Below are positions 56,230 to 64,000 of a stretch of 64,000 nucleotides of DNA, in pieces. The notes below the pieces were generated by a model. It was not told where the DNA came from and ran no database searches. It worked only from the letters and a program-made list of their open reading frames with translations. The stretch comes from an uncultured Spirochaetota bacterium (GTDB lineage Bacteria > Spirochaetota > Brevinematia > Brevinematales > JAOACQ01): assembly GCA_963768055.1 (NCBI GenBank), contig CAVYGN010000001.1:768001-832000 (forward strand). The letters are read 5' to 3'. Made by a program: the position numbers and the translations under genes. How positions within the stretch are numbered: the stretch's first letter is position 1; every line of letters begins with the position of its first letter.

Positions 56230-56922
56230 GTGATTATGCTTGAACTCATTAATCTTGCCAAGAATTTTACCCTGCATATGCATAACGGTAAAATAATCGA
56301 GGGTTTCAACGGAGTGAACTTCAGCGTAAAAGAAGGCTCTTCCATGGGAATTTCCGGGCCGAGCGGAGCGGGAAAAAGTTCGATCCTAAAGTGCATATAC
56401 CGCACTTACCTTTCAAGCTCAGGTTTCATCCATTATGAGTCGACGCAATTCGGCAATGTAAATCTTGCCGACGCACCCGAACACATAATAATCAAGATCC
56501 GCGAGAATGAGATAGGTTATATAACCCAGTTTTTAAGGGTTATCCCGAGGGTGCCATGCGATCTTGTGGTGGCCGAACCGCTGCTGCTGACTGGAACCGG
56601 AATGCCGGAAGCGCTTGAAATTTCACGGCGCCTTCTCGGCAGGCTCGGAATACCCGAAAGGCTTTTCGGAGCCTTCCCGGCTACCTTCAGCGGCGGGGAA
56701 CAGCAGAGGGTGAATATCGCCAGGGCTGTTATCCGCTCGCCCCGCCTTCTTCTTCTGGATGAACCGACCGCATCGCTGGATTACAAATCGGCAGGGGCGG
56801 CAATGTGCATTCTTCATGAGCTCAAAAAAAATGGTACGACAATGATCGGAATTTTTCATGACCCGTTTGTCATGAAGGATTTTTCAGATTCAATATACCA
56901 GCTTGAGGAGAAAATACAATGA
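56230..56922 (+). CDS. phnL: C-P lyase ABC-type subunit PhnL
   Basis: K.F.LH, GPSGAGKSS, QFLR.IPRV, P.TFSGGEQQR.NIAR, GIFHD. Confidence 0.95.
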   Translation: MIMLELINLAKNFTLHMHNGKIIEGFNGVNFSVKEGSSMGISGPSGAGKSSILKCIYRTYLSSSGFIHYESTQFGNVNLADAPEHIIIKIRENEIGYITQFLRVIPRVPCDLVVAEPLLLTGTGMPEALEISRRLLGRLGIPERLFGAFPATFSGGEQQRVNIARAVIRSPRLLLLDEPTASLDYKSAGAAMCILHELKKNGTTMIGIFHDPFVMKDFSDSIYQLEEKIQ

Positions 56923-58091
56923 AACCATTTAATGGAGTGTTCTCCATTTACAATGTAAATATCATTACCCCGGATGAGGTAATAAGGAGCGGTTCAGTCC
57001 TTGTGGAGAATGGAAAGATTTCAAAGGTTACAGGCGAAAAGATCCTGTCATGTTTCAAGGCCGTTGACGGCAATGGAAATTACCTGATGCCCGGTTTTAT
57101 CGATATTCACAGCGATGTAATAGAAAGGGAGATCGAGTCGAGGCCCGGCACCTTCCTTGCTACAAATATCGCTCTAATGGAACTGGATAAAAAACTTGCA
57201 GCGGCAGGGGTAACGACAATTTATCATTCGGTTTCATTTGCCGACGAGATAGTAATTGTTATCCGTTCACTCGATGTCGTCGACAGTATTGTCAGGGAAA
57301 TAAAGCGTTTGAGGGACAGCCTTCTTATTAAAACCAAAGTGCATACCAGGTACGAGGTAACTTATTCCGGAGGCTACCCTGAAATTGAAAAACTGATGAG
57401 CGAAGGCCTTGTCGACCTTGTCTCAGTTATGGACCATAGCCCGGGTCAGGGTCAGTTCAAGACGGAGGAACAGATCAGGGGATACTACGGGGACAGGTTC
57501 GGGGTCGATAGGAAATCAATCATGGACCTTATCGACAGGAGGATGAAACTTCGTGAAAGGGTGGGTATGGAAAATGCCGTAAAGATGATGAAATCGGCTC
57601 ATTCTCATAAAGTTCCGCTGGCAAGCCATGATGACGATACGAAGGAAAAAGTGAATTTCATGAAAAAGCATGGGGTTAATATTACCGAATTTCCAGTCAG
57701 TATTGAAGCTGTTGAAGAATCAGCATCGTCAGGGATTGCAATAGCACTGGGTTCTCCCAATATACTGAGGGGTTATTCGCATAATAAAAATCTGAGTTCG
57801 CGCGATCTGTTAAAGAACGGGTACGGCGATATAGTATGCTCGGATTATATTCCTTCGACCCTTCTGCACTCGTTGTTTGTAATAAAGGAAACTTGCGGCA
57901 AAACACTGCCTGAGGCATGCCGCCTTTATAGCTATAATCCGGCAATGCACCTGGGGCTATCCGGAGAGTGTGGAGCAATAAGTCCGGGCCTGGACGCCGA
58001 TTTAGTGATTGTCGACAACAATGGTGAAATTCCCAGAATACAGAAAACTTATGTAAAGGGCAGGGAGGTTTATTCTGCATGCATGGTTTAG
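56919..58091 (+). CDS. phnM: alpha-D-ribose 1-methylphosphonate 5-triphosphate diphosphatase
   Basis: PGFID.H.D..E, S.MDH.PGQGQF, ASHDD, EFP, G.PN..RG.SH, SDY.P. Confidence 0.95.
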   Translation: MKPFNGVFSIYNVNIITPDEVIRSGSVLVENGKISKVTGEKILSCFKAVDGNGNYLMPGFIDIHSDVIEREIESRPGTFLATNIALMELDKKLAAAGVTTIYHSVSFADEIVIVIRSLDVVDSIVREIKRLRDSLLIKTKVHTRYEVTYSGGYPEIEKLMSEGLVDLVSVMDHSPGQGQFKTEEQIRGYYGDRFGVDRKSIMDLIDRRMKLRERVGMENAVKMMKSAHSHKVPLASHDDDTKEKVNFMKKHGVNITEFPVSIEAVEESASSGIAIALGSPNILRGYSHNKNLSSRDLLKNGYGDIVCSDYIPSTLLHSLFVIKETCGKTLPEACRLYSYNPAMHLGLSGECGAISPGLDADLVIVDNNGEIPRIQKTYVKGREVYSACMV

Positions 58092-59032
58092 GCATACGGG
58101 TTCCCGGTGTACAACTTGATAATAAAAAGGATGAATTTATAAAGGCCCTGAGTTATATCGGACAAACAGGTTTCGATTCGATAGAAGTAAGCCCGGATGA
58201 TTTTGACGCTATAAGGACAGGCGAACTTGACATTAATATCGTGAAATCCTTAAAAAAGATATTAAAGGATTTTAATTTCCATCTAAGCGTGCACACGCCG
58301 CTCTTGTTGAATTTATTTAACAGGGATGATCCGGCCCTTCATGAAAAAGTCCTGGAAGCCTGCCTTGATTTTACCGACATTGCCGGGGGCGATCTGCTGG
58401 TTTACCATCCAGGAAGATATGTTGACAACTGCGAGTTTGCCCGTATCGGTAAGGAAAATTACACTTCAGACGAAAAAAAAAGGCTTAAAGAAAATGAGGT
58501 AGAAACTCTAAGGGAATTATCCCTTAGGTATCCTCAAATTACAATCGCCTGTGAAAACCTGAGGTCCTATATTTATCATTCTCCTTACAGTTACGCTGAA
58601 TATCCCTGGGAACTGGCGGAACAGGTTAGGGCTGTAGATAGCGGGAACGTGGGGATGATGATAGATACGGGGCATCTTCTATTAACAGCCAATTATTTCG
58701 GCTTTGATATTTTTGAAAGCGTTTCAATTGCAGGGATGCATCCGGTGCATTTTCATATAAACGATAATCATGGCATACCCACGTATTATACTGAAAAGGA
58801 CAAAAAAGGCCAGCTTTGTTTAGGGAGGGGGGATGAGCATGTTCCGCCGGGAATGGGAACATTTCCATTCGGTAAATTTTTAAGTAAATTTCCTGAATAC
58901 AGCGGCCGGTATATTATCGAATTGACCAGCAGGTATTTTTATCCGGAGAGGATTGAACAATCTTATAAATTTATGGAGAAAACACTGAAAAAGCTCAAGG
59001 TACCTGAGAAGACATTAAGAATTACGGAATAA
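58079..59032 (+). CDS. sugar-phosphate isomerase/epimerase (AP-endonuclease-2 type TIM barrel)
   Basis: SVH.P, V.HPG, CEN, D.GH, H.H.ND..G, D.H.PPG.G, IIE. Confidence 0.85.
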   Translation: MHGLGIRVPGVQLDNKKDEFIKALSYIGQTGFDSIEVSPDDFDAIRTGELDINIVKSLKKILKDFNFHLSVHTPLLLNLFNRDDPALHEKVLEACLDFTDIAGGDLLVYHPGRYVDNCEFARIGKENYTSDEKKRLKENEVETLRELSLRYPQITIACENLRSYIYHSPYSYAEYPWELAEQVRAVDSGNVGMMIDTGHLLLTANYFGFDIFESVSIAGMHPVHFHINDNHGIPTYYTEKDKKGQLCLGRGDEHVPPGMGTFPFGKFLSKFPEYSGRYIIELTSRYFYPERIEQSYKFMEKTLKKLKVPEKTLRITE

Positions 59033-59035
59033 GGG

Positions 59036-59641
59036 ATGAAAATAGGAGTGATCTCGGACATCCATACCGGTGAGTTGCTCAGGCTTGTAATAGTAACAAT
59101 TCCCGGAGGCAACTTTTATAATGAAATTTCAGGAATGATCGGGGCCTTAAGTTCATTGACCGGCTCGAGAACGGCATCTTCATACCTTCCGCATATGACG
59201 CTCAGGACCGGAGTTTTTGTTCCATGTGATGAATCGGACAGTTTTATAAGAGAATTCGGAGAACTTATTAGCGAAGAAAAGGCAATAAAGGTAAAAACCG
59301 AAAGGCTAAGGGTCTTTCCTTACTGGGAGGAGGAAAATCAGAAATTCATAATCCTTTATTCGGTCAGGAAATCCCAGCCGCTTTCTTCCATTAATAGGCG
59401 TCTTTTAAGCTATGAAAAATATAAGAAAAGCGATAAAAGCATATTTCAGCCCCATATCAGCCTTCTCTACGGGGATGTAGACAGGGAGGGTTTCGAGAAA
59501 GCTAAGCAGTTCGTCAGGGAGAGGCCCGAAATCTTCGAAAGAGAATTTACATTCGATCTTGATAACGTCGCCCTGCTATCGCAGGGAAGGGGAGGGAACT
59601 GGTCGGTTTATTATAAGTACAAATTGAGGAGAGAATTATGA
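59036..59641 (+). CDS. 2H phosphoesterase (LigT-like)
   Basis: Two HxT/S motifs, PHMTL and PHISL, about 85 aa apart. Confidence 0.85.
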   Translation: MKIGVISDIHTGELLRLVIVTIPGGNFYNEISGMIGALSSLTGSRTASSYLPHMTLRTGVFVPCDESDSFIREFGELISEEKAIKVKTERLRVFPYWEEENQKFIILYSVRKSQPLSSINRRLLSYEKYKKSDKSIFQPHISLLYGDVDREGFEKAKQFVRERPEIFEREFTFDLDNVALLSQGRGGNWSVYYKYKLRREL

Positions 59642-60276
59642 CATATATTGAAAATTACAAAATGCCGGGGGAAAAAACGCTTGGAAAATCACCGCTGATA
59701 TCGGAAAATGCGGTCATTTCAAAATCGCGGTTCGGCGAGTATACTGAAATCATGGAACATGTCCGCTTTATTAACTCCAGCCTCGGTGATTTTTCTTATA
59801 TTTGCGAGTATAGCGACATTATTTACACAGAAATAGGGAAATTTTCAAATATTGCCGCTTATTGCAGGATAAACCCGGGAAATCATCCGATGGAAAGGCC
59901 GTCCCTGCATCATTTTACTTACAGGTGTAAACAGTTCGGCTTCATGGATAACGATGATCCGGAGTTTTTCAACTGGCGGTCGATCCAGAAAGTAATAATA
60001 GGCCATGATACCTGGCTCGGGCATGGGGTTATCGTTATGCCCGGAGTGACAATTGGAAACGGGGCTGTGATTGGCAGCGGAGCTGTTGTGACAAAAAACA
60101 TTCCCCCTTATACGATAGCGGCGGGTATTCCGGCAAAGGTTGTCCGGCCGAGATTTCCCCAGGAGATAGCATCTAAAATAATCAAAACGGCATGGTGGGA
60201 CTGGCCGTTTGAAAAAATAAAGGAGAATTTGGAAGACTTCAAGGACATCAGGCGTTTCTTAGCAAGGCATTGTTGA
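59638..60276 (+). CDS. phosphonate-associated hexapeptide-repeat (CAT/Vat-like) acetyltransferase
   Basis: G..SY, IG.F..IA...[10 protein letters not shown]...HHFTYR, IGHD.W.GHG, WWDW. Confidence 0.9.
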   Translation: MTYIENYKMPGEKTLGKSPLISENAVISKSRFGEYTEIMEHVRFINSSLGDFSYICEYSDIIYTEIGKFSNIAAYCRINPGNHPMERPSLHHFTYRCKQFGFMDNDDPEFFNWRSIQKVIIGHDTWLGHGVIVMPGVTIGNGAVIGSGAVVTKNIPPYTIAAGIPAKVVRPRFPQEIASKIIKTAWWDWPFEKIKENLEDFKDIRRFLARHC

Positions 60277-60279
60277 ATT

Positions 60280-60687
60280 CTATCCCCCGTATTTGAATTT
60301 ATTTATTGTCCGCCTTTCCTTTTTATCGGGTTTACCCTTGCGTTTTACCCGGTCTTTTTTCGCCTGTTTATCCAAAATTTTAATTATTTCTTCCATTTCA
60401 GGCGTAATTCCAGGTGCTTTTTCTTCATCATAGTATTCCCTTGCGAGGGAGGCTTTCACCTGTTTTTCAGTGATAACCTTAATTTTTATTGTCCTGTACT
60501 TATTGTCCTGCCTGACAGTCAGCACATCACCGGCCCTGACCATTTTAGCCGGCTTTGTCCTCTCGCCGTTGATCTTAACGGCGCCCCCGTCTACAGCCTC
60601 CGACGCGTCGGTCCTTGTTTTGAAAATCCTGGCTATCTTCAGCCATCTGTCTATCCGCATTGCCTGCAGGAGTTCGTTCTTTTCCAT
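60280..60687 (-). CDS. hslR: ribosome-associated heat shock protein Hsp15 (S4 domain)
   Basis: MRIDRWL...R.FKTR..A, GKP.KKERR; the called upstream extension runs into repeat B, so the start was moved to 60687. Confidence 0.9.
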   Translation of the reverse strand: MEKNELLQAMRIDRWLKIARIFKTRTDASEAVDGGAVKINGERTKPAKMVRAGDVLTVRQDNKYRTIKIKVITEKQVKASLAREYYDEEKAPGITPEMEEIIKILDKQAKKDRVKRKGKPDKKERRTINKFKYGG

Positions 60688-60747
60688 GAGATATTTTAGC
60701 TTTGATATTAATTTTGAGCAAATTGGGAACCGATTAAAACAATATAT

Positions 60748-60918
60748 TAAGGGCACTTCTAAAAACCGCCTTTTCACGCCGAGCAAGTCGGCACAAGGGC
60801 GGCAAGTTAGTGCCCATAGGGTTTATGCCCGTAGGGTGTTTATGCCCGAAGGGTGCGGTTTCATTACTATTAGAATATCATTTGTTAATAACAAAGTTAG
60901 TTTTTGGAACCGCCCTTA
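60748..60918. repeat. MITE-like element, family B (full copy)
   Basis: 19-bp imperfect TIRs TAAGGGCACTTCTAAAAAC / GTTTTTGGAACCGCCCTTA (16/19); three internal TGCCCRWAGGGT units. Confidence 0.8.
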
Positions 60919-60924
60919 ATCTTT

Positions 60925-61167
60925 ATGAAACCAAATTTTATTGCGCGGGATTTCGTAAGCTTGAGTTGCTGCGTTTCAAAACGGCGGTAAGCGCTTTTAT
61001 GAGAATCAAGTATATTATCGATTCATATAGATTCATATAGATGATAATAAAATTTCTTTTTTAAAAAAAGCGTTCAATCACGCTTGCGCAGCTGTTTTGA
61101 ACTGATACGGCTCATACCCTTCGGGCAAAAGCGCTCTCGAGTACTGCTCGATAAAAATTGACTTCAT
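60925..61167. repeat. MITE-like element, family A (two inverted arms)
   Basis: Ends ATGAAACCAAATTTTA / TAAAAATTGACTTCAT; arms align with 5249-5320 and 63362-63432. Confidence 0.7.
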
Positions 61168-61195
61168 CCGGAATTATGATTGTTTTAATCGGTCC

Positions 61196-61846
61196 TTATT
61201 TCGGGTACCCCAGCGGCATAATGTAGAGCGGGATCTCGTCGCTGCCGAGCTTCAATTCATCGGTAATTCCTTTAATATTCATGCTTGCCACAATTCGGGT
61301 CCCTATGCCCAGGGCATCGGCGGCAAGATAAACATTTTCCGCTATGCATCCGGCCGTGGCGTTAGCCATAGCCTTTCCGGACTCTTTATTGACATAGATC
61401 GGCATCATATTCAGTTTCGCGGTGAGAATAAGAACATGGCTGGCTTTAGGAATATCTCCCTGAGAACCTATTCTGTTTTTTATGCCGGCATCCGAAATAA
61501 ATTTCAGGGTTTTGTTCTGTGGGTCGTATAGATACGTACCTTCGGAGGATGCGACATAGATATTGATGTAATAGATACCGAAAGCCGAAGGGGCGGTCCG
61601 CTTACCGTCCTTGCGGTTGACACCGTCGGCGGCCCAAAGGATCGTGGAAAGATCTTTCAGGGAAATTATTTTATCGGAGAAATCCCTGGCGGATTTCCGG
61701 TTTTCAAGGGCTGTGATCAGATCCATGCCGAGGCTTGACTGGGGATCTGCAAGTTTTATATCCTTACTCTCAGAAAATAAGGGTATCGTCAAAATTGTCG
61801 AATTAAGAATAAATCCTGCGATAAGGATTAAAGCTAACCCTTTCAT
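61196..61846 (-). CDS. nitroreductase family (SagB/ThcOx-like) protein with signal-like N-terminus
   Basis: RKS.R.F, LS.ILWAA.G, RTAPSA, G.I..NVYL.A, MPLGYP. Confidence 0.9.
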   Translation of the reverse strand: MKGLALILIAGFILNSTILTIPLFSESKDIKLADPQSSLGMDLITALENRKSARDFSDKIISLKDLSTILWAADGVNRKDGKRTAPSAFGIYYINIYVASSEGTYLYDPQNKTLKFISDAGIKNRIGSQGDIPKASHVLILTAKLNMMPIYVNKESGKAMANATAGCIAENVYLAADALGIGTRIVASMNIKGITDELKLGSDEIPLYIMPLGYPK

Positions 61847-61994
61847 TTTATCCTCCCTTTACGGCGTCGGTAAATTTTAGCCCGGTTCCGGAGAATAATC
61901 AATTATGGTGCTGCTATAACACCATTTTATTTGATTTTATAGCCATGCTTATTTATCATAATATTCGTTATAAAGTCCTTCATGAAAGGTTTAT

Positions 61995-63311
61995 ATGTTT
62001 AAAACCGTATTCAAGAACGCCACCCCGGCCCTTGTTTTTATTCCCCTGATCCTTACCCTAATCGGGTTAGTTTTCATTTTCAGCGCCGATATAAACGCGA
62101 ATGGCACAAACAACGGCCTTTATTTGAAACAGCTTCTCTGGATTGTCACCGGTCTGACTATCGCCTATTTCATTATTAACATCGACTACTTTATCTTCGT
62201 TGAGACTTCCCTTTATTACTATATCGGGGGGCTGGTCCTCCTGTTAATAACCCTGCTTCTGGGCAAGAACATCAGGGGTCACAAGAGCTGGATGGGTTTT
62301 GCGGGCCTGGGTATAGAGCCTTCAGAAATAATGAAAGTTTGCTACATTCTCTATTTTGCGAAGTATCTGGCAAATGCCCCTTCAATTGAAAAAAAGACCC
62401 AGGTGTTTTTTGTATCCCTGGGCCTGCTTGCCGCGCCCCTTTTGCTGATTCTTCTTCAGCCCGATTTTGCGACATCAGCTGTCTATATTTTCATTTTCCT
62501 TGTAATGGCTTATTTAGGCATGGCTGATACCATTTATATCAAATATATTCTGCTTACCGGGACAGCCACGATTTTTGTCTTTCTGGCCGAGGGCTTTTAC
62601 AAGGCTTACCTGCTTAACGGGGGAAATATTAACCCTGTCATTGAAACGATACTAAATGCGAATACCTTCTTCATTATCAGTATTGTAATGTTTTTATATA
62701 CTCTGATCATATTCGTGATCGAGTTTTTCCAGTCGATGAGCATTTCAAAAAAGATCCTTCCGGTTACCACAATTGTCGGCTCAAGCTGCCTGATCCTTGC
62801 CGTCAGTTTTAAAATTTTCAAACCTTATATGTGGAACAGGATCTTGATGATGTTCAGCCCTGAATTCGACAAGAGCGGTGCGGGTTATAATATAATACAG
62901 TCAAAGATCGCAATCGGCTCTGGGGGATTTTTCGGCAGGGGCATCTTCCAGGGAACCCAGAATATTCTCGGTTTTCTTCCTGAAAAAAGCACCGATTTTA
63001 TTTTTGCAATAATCTGCGAGGAATTGGGATTTTTAGGGGGTTTCCTGATCCTGGGCCTGTTCGGGCTATATCTTTATAATATAAGCAGGACAATCCAGAA
63101 CGCAAAAGACAAGGAGGGTATGCTCGTCGCCAGCGGCATACTTGCCATGCTCTTCATACATCTATTTATAAACGTAGGGATGACCCTGGGGCTCATCCCG
63201 GTTGCCGGTATCCCTCTTCCGTTTATTAGTTACGGAGGTTCAAGCTATATCGGTTTTATAGTGGCGGCTGCAATTATCCTTAATATCAATATAAGAAGAT
63301 TTGTCCACTAG
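61995..63311 (+). CDS. rodA: SEDS family peptidoglycan polymerase (RodA)
   Basis: PSE..K, QPD, GY.IIQS.IAIGSGG, FLPE..TDFIF...EE.G, G.PLPFISYGGS. Confidence 0.92.
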   Translation: MFKTVFKNATPALVFIPLILTLIGLVFIFSADINANGTNNGLYLKQLLWIVTGLTIAYFIINIDYFIFVETSLYYYIGGLVLLLITLLLGKNIRGHKSWMGFAGLGIEPSEIMKVCYILYFAKYLANAPSIEKKTQVFFVSLGLLAAPLLLILLQPDFATSAVYIFIFLVMAYLGMADTIYIKYILLTGTATIFVFLAEGFYKAYLLNGGNINPVIETILNANTFFIISIVMFLYTLIIFVIEFFQSMSISKKILPVTTIVGSSCLILAVSFKIFKPYMWNRILMMFSPEFDKSGAGYNIIQSKIAIGSGGFFGRGIFQGTQNILGFLPEKSTDFIFAIICEELGFLGGFLILGLFGLYLYNISRTIQNAKDKEGMLVASGILAMLFIHLFINVGMTLGLIPVAGIPLPFISYGGSSYIGFIVAAAIILNINIRRFVH

Positions 63312-63361
63312 TGGCCGATCTATTTCAATCGATTAATTAAAATAAGCGGTCCCGGATAAAA

Positions 63362-63432
63362 CGCTTGCTTTCGCCGTTTTAAGATGATGCAGTTCAAGTT
63401 TTCGAATTCAGCGAGCTAAAAATTGACTCTAT
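63362..63432. repeat. single arm of repeat family A (empty insertion site)
   Basis: The reverse complement ...TTCGAAAACTTGAACTGCAT... aligns with 5275-5311 minus a 17-nt insert. Confidence 0.65.
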
Positions 63433-63460
63433 AGATAAGCTGGATGTTGTTTGAACGGCT

Positions 63461-64000
63461 TCAATTCGTCGATTCCACTTGATTTGTGTTATTGATATTA
63501 TTTGCATTCGACAAGGGGATATACCCAGGCATGTAGTCGGGCAGGCTTGACAGAGTCAGAGAAATGCACTGTTCCGAATGAATGTACAGCGGATGGCCGA
63601 TCATATCCTTCAGGGACTTGACGATCGCCTTGGTAACTAAATCCTTGCCTATGTCTGCCGCGACATTTTTCAGCATATCTTCAGGCCTTGAGCCTAAAAT
63701 GGTAAACACCCTCGATTTAGATTCGACGAATCCCTGTGAAGACTCCCAGTATAAAACGTTACGCCAGCCGTCTATAAACTTTGCATCCAGCCTCACCTCT
63801 TTTTTTGTCTCGATTATACCGACGGTATATTCGAAATTAAGGACCGTGCCGTAAAACAGGCCGTCAACGCCCAGTTGCTGATCGAGCTCCTCCGGCGTTA
63901 TGCTGTTAAGCTGGCCGCCGTATGTTATCCCTAAGTCCTGCAGGATTTTATCGGTTTCATTGGGATCCTGAACTATGTAGCCCTTGTCGTTTAGTTTCTG
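63461..64000 (-). CDS. partial DUF799/GNA1162-like lipoprotein (5' end outside the window)
   Basis: Frame open to the window edge: ...KGY.V...TD.IL..LGI.YGGQL...ELDQQLGVDGLFYGTV...V.L.AK.ID....LYW. Confidence 0.7.
   Translation of the reverse strand, partial: QKLNDKGYIVQDPNETDKILQDLGITYGGQLNSITPEELDQQLGVDGLFYGTVLNFEYTVGIIETKKEVRLDAKFIDGWRNVLYWESSQGFVESKSRVFTILGSRPEDMLKNVAADIGKDLVTKAIVKSLKDMIGHPLYIHSEQCISLTLSSLPDYMPGYIPLSNANNINNTNQVESTN

Noticed and set aside
59638..60276. Chloramphenicol/streptogramin resistance gene
   Set aside because: The NHPM.R...HHFTYR motif and the operon context match the phosphonate-associated hexapeptide transferase family.
60811..60854. Tandem TGCCCRWAGGGT units as a CRISPR array (also 26091-26135)
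   Set aside because: Units are about 12 nt with 3-5 nt gaps, there are no spacer-length unique sequences, and no cas genes are present.

Overview
This is a 64 kb bacterial chromosomal window of moderate GC, probably from an anaerobic spirochaete; that assignment is inferred from gene content, not established. Left to right it holds: a MarR-regulated heterodimeric ABC exporter with an EmrA-like adaptor; housekeeping genes (add, trmB, gatC, truB, panB, purH, HU, rodA, hslR); an RpoS-like sigma factor preceded by a clear sigma-54 promoter and a candidate enhancer; a P-type ATPase/CDF pair; an MFS gene followed by a GalT-GalK fusion; PPi-dependent PFK; and a membrane pyrophosphatase transcribed divergently from a 12-gene group 4 [NiFe] energy-converting hydrogenase operon. 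Further right is a divergent phosphonate locus (phnDCEE / phnGHIJKLM) with a mirror-symmetric Pho-box-like promoter and three non-standard accessory genes in place of phnN/phnP. Intergenic spaces carry nested families of palindromic MITE/REP-like repeats, including a 16-17 nt TGCCCGWAGGGT unit seen at both filled and empty sites. Three single-base gene lesions are visible: a premature TAA, a frameshift and an ATT start. No tRNA, rRNA, CRISPR array or transposase was seen.
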